Source of the DNA: Octopus sinensis
Taxonomy: Eukaryota
Length of the DNA: 64,000 nt
Assembly (NCBI RefSeq): GCF_006345805.1
Contig: NC_042997.1
Location: forward strand, 153,078,001-153,142,000
Direction: 5' to 3'
Shown: positions 1-12,138 of the stretch, piece by piece
How positions within the stretch are numbered: position 1 is the first letter of the stretch
Layout of the letters: the number at the start of each line of letters is the position of its first letter
Notes under the pieces: model-generated
What the model saw: only the letters and a program-made list of their open reading frames with translations
Databases searched by the model: none
What the model was told of the DNA's origin: nothing
Program-made: the position numbers and the translations under genes

Positions 1-62
1 CTCTCTGGCATGTATGTATAATGCCCTCTATATATAAATTAATATATTGATATATATATATA

Positions 63-233
63 GGCGCAGGAGTGGCTGTGTGGTAAGTAACTTGCTAAAC
101 AACCACATGGTTGCGGGTTCAGTCCCACTGCGTGGAATCTTGGGCAAGTGTCTTCTGCTATAGCCCCGGGCCAACCAATGCCTTGTGAGTGGATTTGGTA
201 GACGGAAACTGAAAGAAGCCTGTCGTATATATG

Positions 234-266
<33 letters not shown>

Positions 267-487
267 TTGTGTGTCTGTGTTTGTCCCCCTAGCATTGCTT
301 GACAACCGATGCTGGTGTGTCTACGTCCCCGCCACTTAGCGGTTCGGCAAAAGAGACCTATAGAATAAGTACTGGGCTTACAAAGAATAAGTTCCGGGGT
401 CGATTTGATCGACTAAAGGCGGTGCTCCAGCATGGCCGCAGTCAAATGACTGAAACAAGTGAAAGAGTAAAAGAGTAAAGAGTATAT
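63..487 (+). mobile_element. SINE-A (tRNA-derived SINE with internal TA/TG microsatellite), full length
   Basis: A-box-like TGGCTGTGTGG and B-box-like GGTTCAGTCCC in the head, an internal (TA)/(TG) tract and a (AAAGAGT)n-type tail; about ten related copies in this window. Confidence 0.85.
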
Positions 488-2163
488 ATTGATATACATA
501 TATTGATATATATATATATATAAAGAGAGAGTGGGGAGGGGGACACGAAGTAGAACTTTGAGAACATAGATTGTTAAATATTATTCGTACTTTTACTGCA
601 GTGTATGCGAATACATTTACTACTAGTATTTGTTTATTAGCCAAACATTTTATTCAGAAAATATCGGCTTTAAACAAACAATATTTTAAGTATTCGATTT
701 TATCTCAACATTCAGCTGTCATTAACCGACACAATCGTACGTTCTAGATTTTTTTTTAACACCACTGAAGACAGCATACAGCTACGAGGCATTGATAATA
801 GTTAAAGAATTAATTCGTCGAAAAAATGTTTGATAGTTTTTTTTTCGCCTGTTTTTGTTTTGCTTTTTAGTATGAGATACGCGAATGAATTCGATCTACA
901 ATGCTTTCCTCTAAGAGATGTATGCACATTGTTTATGAAAGCATAATTTAAAAGTTGCTCGAAGAAAAGTGCTTAAATATTCATTCTAATTAAAGTTGAA
1001 AGTCCAAACCAGAAATGAATGCACATACGTACATGTAAGCATAACGATAAGTGATCTGCATAAGCGTTAAAAATATATTGTAAAGACAAAGAACAAAATC
1101 AAGTGGGAAAGGGCAACAGAAGAGGGCTAAGTTTTAACTTACCTCTATTTCCTACTCCTTGATTTCTTTTGAATGATGTTATTTTGGTGAATGATTCGCA
1201 TCCAAAACGTTAACACTCTTACGTAACGATATACTGCATTCGTGGCGTAACGATTATAGTGGAATATATATTTGTTTATCTAATTTTATTTAAAGCCTAC
1301 TTTTTCGACTGACTTTGAATGTTTTTAAATTTACAATTGCAATTGATATAACTAACTGTAATTAAAACAGAACTTCGAAGAAATTACTGAAAAAATGTTA
1401 CAATAAGATTGCTTATTTCGGAGCTCCGCCTTTTGAGCATTTTGTTTCAGTTTCCATGGAAAATATATTGCATAAAATAAAGTCGGACGATATAACATAT
1501 CTTAAATACGAAATTTTATAAAATAGCAATTCACATATCTCACATCTCAATCTAACATGTAAAACAAATAGGGCGGGAACGCATTGTATGTAATGTAGTA
1601 ATAGTAACAGATGAATTTTTTTTTCTCAATAAAAGATGGTGGTGGTTATGATTATAATGCTTTTAATAATGCCTGTGCTCAATGGGGACGAACCTGAATT
1701 TTACTACAACGTCAATAACAATAACAAAACCAATACTTGAAATATGATTAGATCTGTTGACGGAACACATTACCATTCGAACTAAAATCTTCAATATACT
1801 TTATAACTACTACCCTCAAGTCAGGAACTTTGTAAATCTAAATTTATCTCCTTATATCATAGCAACTTAATCATAGTTATTGCTATATTTTATGTTGTCA
1901 AGTCCAATCTGTAATTTATCAATATAATACGTCCAACAATATTACACGTCCAACAAAGTAGATTTACATCTATTGCTTCCTGTTCCTCGCTATTTAACTC
2001 TCTCACTCTTCTCTTTCTCTTTTTGTGTCTCATACTCTCCTCCACTCTCCCACTTATAATATATATTTTGAATGCATTGAAGAATAATTATATAATTGAC
2101 TACTATTTACACATATACCTATGTATGTATGTGGTTACCTGCGTGTCAATATAGAGATACATA

Positions 2164-2762
2164 AGGGCGGCGAGCTGGCACAATAAGAGCAGCGAGCACG
2201 ACGGGTGAAATACTGAGCGGTATTTCGTCTGCCGTTACGTTCTGAGTTCAAATTTCACCGAGGTCGACTTAGCTTATTATCCTTTCGGGGTCGATTAAAT
2301 AAGTACCAGTTACGCACTGGGGTCGATATAATCGACTAATCCGTTTTCCTGTCCTTGTTTGTCCTTTCTGTGTTTAGCCCCTTGTGGGTAGTAAAGAAAT
2401 AGGTATTTCGTCTGCCGCTACGTTCTGAGTTCAAATTCCGCCGAGGTCGACTTTGCCTTTCATCCTTTCAGGGTCGATAAATTAAGTACCAGTTACGCAC
2501 TGGGGTCGATATAATCGACTTAATCCGTTTGTCTGTCCTTGTCTGCCCTCTCTGTGTTTAGCCCCTTGTGGGTAGTAAAGAAAGAGGTATTTCGTCTGCC
2601 GCTACGTTCTGAGTTCAAATTCCGCCCTGGTAGACTTTGCCTTTCATCCTTTCGTAGTCGAGTAACAGTTACGCACTGGGGTTGATGTAATAGACTTAAT
2701 CTCTTTGCCTGTCCTTGTTTGTCCCCTCTATGTTTAGCCCCTTATGGGTAATAACGAAATAA
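2164..2762 (+). mobile_element. SINE-B trimer (one head plus three ~185-bp body units)
   Basis: Head AAGGGCGGCGAGCTGGCA; the body GGTATTTCGTC...GTTCAAAT...CCTTTCGGGGTCGAT...AAAGAAATA occurs three times head-to-tail. Confidence 0.85.
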
Positions 2763-3109
2763 ATACATACATATATAGATATGTATACATAATACACGTG
2801 TGTGTTTATTATACACACACACACACATATATATATATATTATATATGTATACATGTACATCCATATATTTATGGGCGTGTACATGCGTACGTACGTGTG
2901 CGTATGTGCGTGTTCGTATGTGTATGTACACATGTATTTGTGTGTTTGTTTATAGGTATTATTTACTCAACTGTATTTCTAGTCTTAAAAATGCATTGAT
3001 GTACCTTATTGTTACTTCATAGCATTGTTGTCAGAGTTGCACGTAATGCAGTAACATGTTCACCTAGAGAGAGGTATCTGTATTTGCTGGATATTACATA
3101 GAAAGACCG

Positions 3110-3243
3110 CTACGGGGCAATTATCACTTGTTGCAGCTGGCCTTCAGTTTTCTAAGCCCTGTAAAAGAACTTGGAAGATTGGGTCTCCTGCCAGGACTTT
3201 CGTGACACCTTTAAAGCCAGGAACTTTCTGGCACCCCTTCATG
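3110..3243. mobile_element. Mariner-derived MITE remnant (one end)
   Basis: Similar to 45990-46108; ends in a TIR-like AAAGCCAGGAACTTTCTGGCACCCC. Confidence 0.5.
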
Positions 3244-3246
3244 TAT

Positions 3247-3342
<96 letters not shown>
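3244..3342. repeat. (TAGA)n microsatellite
   Basis: Direct observation. Confidence 0.95.
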
Positions 3343-3344
<2 letters not shown>

Positions 3345-3459
3345 GAAAGCAATAAGAAGACAAAGAGTTTAGCTCGCTTTAGGATGAAAATATTCTTTTG
3401 GTATATCGTTTTTGGATTTGGTTTGCAAGATACTTTATATGAGCTCGTGTGTTGAAGCA

Positions 3460-3600
3460 TATTCTGTTGTGCCTGGGGAGAGTCATTTTCTCTTTGTGCC
3501 TTATAATGTAACACACTCATCGGGTGGAAATTTTACCGGTGAGTGTGTTACATTATAAGGTACAAAAAGAAAATGATTCTCCCCAGACACAACAGAACAT
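3460..3600. repeat. Imperfect inverted repeat, ~64-bp arms
   Basis: TATTCTGTTGTG...AACACACTCATCGG pairs with CCGGTGAGTGTGTT...CACAACAGAACAT; ~12-nt spacer. Confidence 0.85.
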
Positions 3601-5210
3601 CCTTTTGGTACTACTCTGTAAATGATATCACGTGAAAAGTTGTGACGGTAGCTTATGAATTCAAAGTGATTTGGCAGCTAAATCTAGCATACGTGTGTTC
3701 GTATATTTATGCATGTATTTATGTGTTTCTACAGTCCTTTGCTTGAGATTTCAAAGCATTTATACTAACTACAATAAATTACTCTGTTTAGGTTCATATC
3801 ATTTCAGTGTAGCTTTCGAGTTTTTTTTAGCCTCAGGTCAACCGCAGTTAAGCGAGCCTTTAAAGGTTTGTAATTGAGCGAACCTTTAAAGGCTTTCAAT
3901 GTATCATGTTTTCATGTGTAGCGTTTCCAAGATAACATTATTGAATTGGCCTTCAGTTTTTTAAGATGTTAGGTTATGATTTCAGAAACATTCCGCTACA
4001 AATCCTAGCATTTAAATTGGCCACTCAGAAACTCCCTCATTGGCTAGCGTAAAGTAGATATAATCTAAGGTTAACGAATGCGTGTACTGATAGCATTGGG
4101 AAATTCATAGCCAGATACGACCCTACATAAGTCAACCTGAAACTATTTCAGACAAATTCCCTATCATCCAAATTTTTCGTCAGAAGCAGTCCTCCTTCTT
4201 TAGTGATGTCTCTTGTGCAGCAGTCTTTACACATAAAATTCATCATGAATTTTTATCTTATCATACAATATATGTAAGTACGACAGTGTTACAAAGTAGT
4301 GATTTTAAGTTATAAAGGAATTATATTTACGTGAAATATAATTGTGAAATGTCTCCTAATAAGATATCTCTAATATACTTACACATAATCAAAAATTATA
4401 AATTAGCTGGTATTTAATTATATCATTTGAGAGAATAATTATGTCTTGTACACAATATATTAAACTTATTACATTATTTCTACATTGTAGTTTGGTAATA
4501 TGAGTATATAGACATTGCTCATGTATTAAAACACATAAGATTTAAAATGTGCTTCAGATTAAGCAAATATGTTGTATTATGTAAAACATCTGCGACTTTA
4601 TAGAAACTTTGGAACTTTACGTCATTAAATAATAAAGATTAAATTTATGTAATGTATCAATAATAACATTAGCAGTCGACTACTAACAATCCAAGATGTA
4701 GAACATCTGGCACATATCTTTCATAGTTGTAGGCTGAGATTCAAGACATTAATCTGGACAACACATCAACATCTTATATAGTGACTTGAGAAAATTTTAA
4801 CGGGGGAAAATCTACAGAGTTTTGAACGCCAAATAGAATGCTGATGTCACCAACTGCTATTTACTGGCAAAAACAAAATCTACGGGTATTGTGGTATTCA
4901 TTACCAAAACAAAAACAACTCCGATCACTAGATTTTGTAAAGATGGTGCGAGATACAAGAATGCTTAAGCAGGCCCAGCAGTCTCAACCTAAAAGTCACC
5001 ATACGTAAAGAAGATTACTCATTCATGACCGTCAGGTGGTTGTAACGGTAATGGAGGAGAAGATTGAAAAGACGATACAGAAACAGAAACATCTAAAAGA
5101 ACTCTAGTAAATAGTGTTGCACCGATAACCAGCTGGCGGAGAATCTGCCTGAGGTTAGACTATTAGTAACATTCAGCAGCCACATTGATGTGGCAACTGG
5201 CTTTACTGGC

Positions 5211-5234
5211 GTACTAGCTACGGCGGTACATATT

Positions 5235-5267
<33 letters not shown>

Positions 5268-5318
5268 GGCCCCTGCGCAAGGATGACACGCAAATTCGTG
5301 AAGCGTTCCATATTTTTT
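5211..5318 (+). ncRNA. U6: U6 snRNA, full length; probably a retrocopy
   Basis: Contains the ACAGAGA box (5251-5257), the ISL GCATGGCCCCTGCGCAAGGATGACACGC and a terminal T-run. It matches the U6 consensus as I recall it except for six changes in the first 24 nt, which keep the 5' stem-loop (GUAC/GUAC, UACG loop). Confidence 0.95.
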
Positions 5319-5552
5319 AAAGGCGGTCAGCTGGCAGAACCGTTAGCACGCCGGGCAAAATGCGTAGCCGTATTTCGTCTGCCGCTACGTTCTGAGTTCA
5401 AATTCCGCCGAGGTCGACTTTGCCTTTGATCCTTTCAGGGTCGATAGATTAAGTACCAGTTACACACTGGGGTCGATGTAATCGACTTAATCCCTTTGTC
5501 TGTCCTTGTTTGTCCCTTCTATGTTTAGCCCCTTGTGGGCAATAAAGAAATA
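5319..5552 (+). mobile_element. SINE-B monomer fused directly to the U6 3' end
   Basis: Starts AAAGGCGGTCAGCTGGCAG and ends AATAAAGAAATA; AACTGGCTTTACTG at 5195-5208 and 5553-5566 brackets U6 plus SINE. Confidence 0.9.
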
Positions 5553-5703
5553 AACTGGCTTTACTGTTTAGTATACACTAGCTCTTCTTGAGATTTTATA
5601 ACAAGCGAATTTGCTTCTTGTAAATCAGTGACCGATGGTCACTTTGTTTACAACATATTGTTACAGGTAACTGATTCTGGCTATCGCTCCAGCGTGCAGG
5701 TGC

Positions 5704-5752
5704 TCGCGACTGAGGACTAGCCAAATAGCTCGAAACTTAGTCAGTCCCGCGA
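5704..5752 (+). ncRNA. Degenerate hammerhead-like motif
   Basis: CTGAGGA (5710-5716), GAAAC (5732-5736), GTC (5744-5746), flanked by TCGCG/CGCGA; stem II imperfect. Confidence 0.35.
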
Positions 5753-5806
5753 TCCTGTTAACTGCTAGAGGCTAGCAAAGGTTTGCGCCTCCTACCAACT
5801 ATTGTT

Positions 5807-5962
<156 letters not shown>

Positions 5963-5994
5963 GATATTGGTATATGTGGGTGTATATATATACC

Positions 5995-6184
5995 ATGATA
6001 GATCGTTAGCCACTACACATTTTTTCTCTCCTTGTTTCTCTCCTTGTTTTCTATGTCCCTTTCTGTAGAAGAACGTAGGCTCGAAAAGTAAAAGACTTTT
6101 TCTATTCCTGAGCGTTATACTAATACATCTGTTTGTTTTGTACACCACCTCTCTTCGTCTTTTGTTGTTTTTTCCGTAAACTCT

Positions 6185-6190
<6 letters not shown>
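5995..6190 (+). mobile_element. Non-autonomous PLE-type 3' module with hammerhead-like core, ending in (TA)n
   Basis: Near-copy of 29895-30070; contains CTTT-CTGTAGAA-GAAC/GCTC-GAAAAGTA-AAAG. Confidence 0.6.
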
Positions 6191-6234
<44 letters not shown>

Positions 6235-6679
6235 TGATGATGCATATATACATATCATTTCTCAGATTTATATTAGATGACTTAAAATCATCTAATGTAG
6301 AATCCACAAGACTGCATCCACGACATTTAGCTGTTTGCACGAGGAATTACTTTTGTGAAATTTTCCAGGAAGAGCACGGTCTTTTTGAATGATTGATTAC
6401 CTAGTACTTCAGAGACGAATCTTCTTGGTATTTCTTTCGAAAGCAGTCAGCTCAAGTTAATAGTATACAAAAAGCGGCTCTAAACTACTGATGAACAGAA
6501 GGTAGCAATCATATTTGCCTACAAAATTATCAGTGTAGGTATATTAATTAGTATAGGCACACTCAGAAGGTGTTAAATTCAGGTGTTCAACAGAGTCCAA
6601 AAATAAACAGGTGATAAAGGACAGCAATATTAGGACATTGTAGATATTTAAAAATATTACTTCAGACATTTATATATTT

Positions 6680-7072
6680 TCTTTTAATCTTTTACTTGAT
6701 TCAGTTATTAAATTGCGGCCATGCTGGGGTACCGCCTTGAATTTTTAGTCGACTGAATCGACTCCAATACTTTTTTCTAAAGCCTAGTACTTATCCTGTC
6801 GGTGTCTTTGCCGAATCGCTAGATTACCGGGACGCAAACACACCGACATCGGTTGCCAAGCAGTGGTGAGGATTACAAACACAAAAACACATACACACAC
6901 ACAGAAGTTAAATATATCGGAATATAATTATGGGAGTATATATATATTTTAATTTGGAATGTTATAGTTTTTATATTTATATTTTATATTTTTTTAATTA
7001 ATTTTATTTTTATGTATTGGCTTATGATTTTCACTGTTTGATTTGCCTAATAGTGGTTTTATCTCTAATTTA

Positions 7073-7140
<68 letters not shown>

Positions 7141-7147
7141 ATATATA

Positions 7148-7194
<47 letters not shown>

Positions 7195-7204
7195 CATACA
7201 TACA

Positions 7205-7238
<34 letters not shown>

Positions 7239-7533
7239 CATACATACATATATTTATATATGTGTGTGTGTGTGTGTGTGTGTGCGTGCATATATAAAGA
7301 ACGATATTATTTCTAAAAATAGTAACGTTGGTGGTCGCGAGCGTAAATCTGTAAAGGCAAATATATACGACGAGCTTCTTTTAGTTTCCGTCTGTCGAAT
7401 CCACTCACAAAGATTTGGTAGGCCCGAGATAGAGTAGAAAAGACTTGACTAAGGTACCACGCAGTGGAACTGAATCCAGATCCACGTGTTTGGGAAGCAA
7501 GCTTCTTACCACACAGTCACGCCTGCGCCTATA
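6680..7533 (-). mobile_element. SINE-A, diverged, with expanded and interrupted internal microsatellite
   Basis: 3' half at 6680-6902 and head at 7360-7533 (CCTGCGCCTA); TA/TACA/TG tracts and an AT-rich insert between them. Confidence 0.7.
6950..7075 (-). repeat. Unclassified AT-rich interspersed repeat next to (TA)n
   Basis: Reverse complement matches 43445-43570 (AGAGATAAAA[C]CACTATTAGGCAAATCAAACAGTGAAAA). Confidence 0.65.
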
Positions 7534-9889
7534 GCCATATTCTTTATATTTTCTCTGTAATTCTGGTCATTTAAATAAATTATTTTTAGTTATTTTTGAT
7601 ATAGATCTATATACAGTTTTATCTATTCTCTATGTTGAGTTTGTTACATAAGTGGATTTTATGACCCGAGCAGAGTGAATACGACCCGTGTCCTTCACCC
7701 CCATAATAATATTCTGATATTACTTCTGTTGTAATGCAAATCATTTCGTACTTGCTATAGTGAATAGCGTGTGCATAACGCGTTACCCTCTTGATATCTC
7801 TGCGGCGACTATAAAATACAGATGAAAGATTACGCTACTGATATATTGCTGAAGTTTATGAAAATCAATACTGCTTACTAATTAAAATGAACAGTGAATG
7901 AAGAAAAAGAAATGTGTCAAAAAACATGGCGTAAGTTCATCTATTTAGTCAACCTTTTTACAAATCTTATGAGTATATCTAAGCTGTGAAATTCTTCACA
8001 AAGACATGCTAGCAACAAATAATATAATATCTTACAAACAGTAGAGACAATTTAGATATGTGTCAAAATATGTAATGGAGTTGGAGACGCGTCAATGGCT
8101 TCGAAATATTGATTTAATATATTAGTAAATAGCTTCAGGTATATAAATGAGATGTTACCTTGTGTAATTTTTATAGATTTCCAATGATCTTAACCTTACC
8201 AAGTAGTTTATAAGGAATAATCAAAAGCTGTATGGTGCTTCCAATCGGACATAATTATATCGTTGTTGTTCAAAAATTAAGAATTACTCTGCTTAATAAA
8301 ATATATATGAAATATTTTTATGAAAAAAATTTGAGTTAAAATATGTTTCATGATATAAATACATAAAAATGGAGTTGGGGAGATGAACATGAGCATGAAT
8401 AATTTAAATGTATCACAGTAAAGAATATCCCTCACGATAATCATTTAGTAACCTTGATGCTTTATATTGTTAGATATCTAATTCCTGCTTAATAAGTTAA
8501 ATGAAATAGTATTGTATGCATGATTAAAGGGAGCAGTTGCTTTGTAAATGTCAGAATCATTTAAATTAATTAAATCTTACTTTATCGTCTTATGATTAAC
8601 AATTCACTACCTATATATTACTACTAAACACGCATGTATCAAAATTCAATAAAGTCTAAGAATTTATACATTAGTTGCTAATAATCAGCAGCATCGATGA
8701 GCATTATAGAAAGCGTATAGTAGAATCTATGTCTTTGGTCATGTAACTCATAATTGCAATTACTGTATATAATTCACCCCTGTAGACGTTGACTGTCATA
8801 GCGAATACATGGAAGCAATTTTTCATCAAATGGGATATCGATATTCAAAATAGACATTAAACACAGATTTGGTCTCGATATTAGGCACGAAGATTCTATA
8901 AAAATAGATCGTGAATGTAAATGGAAGAAGTAACGTCGAATTATTAAGTTAGAATTTGAGTTATAGAACATAGATTATAAGTCATCCGTCTTAGCTTATA
9001 AATAAACATAGCATGTATTTTATACAAATACAGAGTCGATTATTTAAATAATAAAGTCTTTTTCTGAAATGAGAAGATGGATACAGTATCTTACAGAACT
9101 GATTTCCAAGAAATTCAAGGAAATGACAATGGCATAATCTTTTAGTTTTATTTCACTGTAACTGTAAAAAGGTCAAATGGATAAAATAGTATGCAAGATG
9201 TTCTGCACTTCACTGAGAAATCAATAAAGAAGCCTCTTCATGTCAACCCATTCTCATTGAGATACATTAGATAATATAGCGCTAGATACTCATAAACAGA
9301 CAGTGCGATCTAAAGACTGATCGTTTTTGACGATTATAGGTCTCTCGGTTGATCTGGGGGTTATACAACATGAACAACACTAAAAAAATAGATAATTCTA
9401 AACACTTTTTAAAATCTTATCTCTTCTTAAAAGACAAATTCATTATTTATTCATTATAAATAGTCATTCTCCATTCAAACTGAGTATTTTCTGTATAACA
9501 CCGATATTTGTATTATTTTCAATATTTATTAAATGTGTGCCTTCTATACATAGGCTAAATGAGATGATTAAAAAGCTCAGAGACATTTCCTTTCCCTGAC
9601 TTTCATTTTCTTTTATAAGAAATAGTCTTCCGCTCTCGCAGGTTTCTCTCATTTGTCTATTTTCTGTTTACCTGAGATTCTATCCTATTTCTTCCGTTTT
9701 TCTTCACCTTGTTTCTTTCTATAATATTCATGCGGGAGGAGGAAAGTTTAGAGAATATTTTATAACACCTCCAGCCAGAAATGTGATGGAAAACATAATC
9801 TGAACATAGCCCGTTTAAAAAAAATGGCCTCTATATTTAAACGCACACACATACACACACACACAAAGACAGCTAACTAGCTAGCTAGC

Positions 9890-10305
<416 letters not shown>

Positions 10306-10475
10306 CGGTTTCTATACTTTCTGAGTTCAAATTTCGCCAAAGTCGACTTTGACCTCTATCCTTTCCGTGATCGGTAAAATGAGAACCAGAATCGACCATT
10401 GGAGTCCATGCATACTTCCCTGAAAATTTCAGCTACCAATATTACAAAGAATTGTTATTATGATTACTATTACTA

Positions 10476-10885
10476 ACGCTGTGAGCTGACAGAATCATTA
10501 GCACACCGGACGAAATGCTTAGTGGTATTTCGTCTGTCGTTACGTTGTGAGTTGAAATTCCGCCGAGGTCCACTTTGCCTTTCATCCTTTCGGGGTCGAT
10601 AAATTAAGTACCAGCTACGCACTGGGGTCGATGTAATCGACTTAATACCTGTGTCTGTCCTTGTTTGTCCTCTCTGTGTTTAGCCCCTTGTGGGTAATAA
10701 AGAAATAGGTATTTCTTCTGCCGCAACGTTCTGAGGTCAACTTCCACCGAGGTCGACTTTGCCTTTCATCCTTTCGAGTTTGACAATTTAAGTGCTATTT
10801 GAACACTGAGGTCGATTTAATCGACTGTCCCCCTCCCCACAAAATCCAGGCCTGTGCCTATAGTAGAAAGGATTATTATTACTAT
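10476..10885 (+). mobile_element. SINE-B dimer (tail 1 then tail 2)
   Basis: Junction AAAGAAATA|GGTATTTC at 10707/10708; second unit ends CCCCACAAAATCCAGGCCTGTGCCTATAGTAGAAAGG. Confidence 0.8.
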
Positions 10886-10888
10886 TAC

Positions 10889-11118
10889 TAAGGCAGCTAG
10901 CTGACAGAATCGTTAGCACAGCTGAGAAAATACCTAGCGGCATTACGTCCGCTTTTACGTTCTGGATTCAAATTCCGCAGAAGACGACTTTTCATTTCAT
11001 CCTTTTGAGGTCGATGATATAAGTATCAACTGAATACTGGGGTCGGCGTGATTGACTTATCCCTTCCCCACAAATTTCAGACCTTGTGCCTATAATAGAA
11101 AAGATTATTATTATTCTT
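10889..11118 (+). mobile_element. SINE-B with tail 2
   Basis: Head AAGGCAGCTAGCTGACAG; tail CAAATTTCAGACCTTGTGCCTATAATAGAAAAG. Confidence 0.75.
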
Positions 11119-11182
11119 ACTATTATGGCTAAACTGAAGGTGGGACACTGCATGAAGAGAAGAGGAGACGTCGTCAATACAC

Positions 11183-11421
11183 TGTTTTTTATTTCTTTAT
11201 TGCCCACAAGGAGCTAAACATAGAGGGGACAAACAAGGACAGATAAAGGGATTAAGTCGATTACATCGACCCCCAGTGCGTAACTAGTACTTATTTAATC
11301 GACCCCCAAAAGGATGAAAGGCAAAGTCGACCTCGGCGGAATTTGGTCTCAGAACGTAACGGCAGAAGAAATACCGCAAAGCATTTCGCCCGGCGTGATA
11401 ACGTTTCTACCAGCTCGCCGC
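11183..11421 (-). mobile_element. SINE-B monomer with tail 1
   Basis: Reverse complement of the family consensus seen at 5319-5552. Confidence 0.8.
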
Positions 11422-11625
11422 AGCACTTCCATCAATGCACTGTTTCTGCTGTTTGGGGTCACTTTCAGTTCCCGCACTGCTACAGGGTCTGCCTCTCTCG
11501 TATCGTTTTTGTCAGCCATATATGCTGCTTTGACAAACAATGTGCTGGAGGCAAACGAGGAAGAATGTCCTGAATCGTTGCTGTTATCCTCATTGATGGG
11601 CTGTCATAAGCAAGCAACATATTAT

Positions 11626-11825
11626 GGCAGTGAACTAGCAGAACCAGTAGCACACCGGCTTAAATAATTTGCGGCACTTCGTCCGGTTGTACACTCTGAG
11701 TTGATAATCTGCCAAGGTCGACTTTGTCTTTCATCTTTTCGAAGTCGATAAAATAAATACCAGTTGCGTGTAGGAGTCGATGTGATAGACTAGATTCTTC
11801 CCCTAAAATTTCAGGCCTTTTATTA
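11626..11825 (+). mobile_element. SINE-B, diverged, tail 2
   Basis: GGCAGTGAACTAGCAGAACCAGTAGCACACCGG head and GTCGACTTTGTCTTTCATC body. Confidence 0.6.
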
Positions 11826-11878
11826 TGAATATTTACGTTAGCACGAAGACACAATTTAAGGGAAGAGCAGTGATAGAT

Positions 11879-12107
11879 TACTCTTTTACTCTTTCACTTG
11901 TTTCAGTCATTTGACTGCGACCATGCTGGAGCACCGCCTTTAGTCGAGCAAATCGACCCCGGGACTTATTCTTTGTAAGCCCAGTACTTATTCTATCGGT
12001 CTCTTTTTGCCGAACCGCTAAGTGACGGGGACGTAAACACACCAGCATCGGTTGTCAAGCAATGCTAGGAGGACAAACAGAGACACACAAACACACACAC
12101 ACATACC

Positions 12108-12138
<31 letters not shown>

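Noticed and set aside
1636-1740. Short hydrophobic ORF MVVVMIIMLLIMPVLNGDEPEFYY
   Set aside because: Only 34 aa, built on low-complexity ATG/ATA runs, with no convincing cadherin or other motif and no donor site.
4740-4900. Possible RTE-type LINE remnant (LYSDLRKILT, AIYWQKQ)
   Set aside because: The similarity needs several frameshifts and is too weak to support without a search.
5211-5318. U6 as a functional gene locus
   Set aside because: The TSD begins 16 bp upstream, leaving no room for the external PSE/TATA promoter that U6 genes need, so a retrocopy is more likely.
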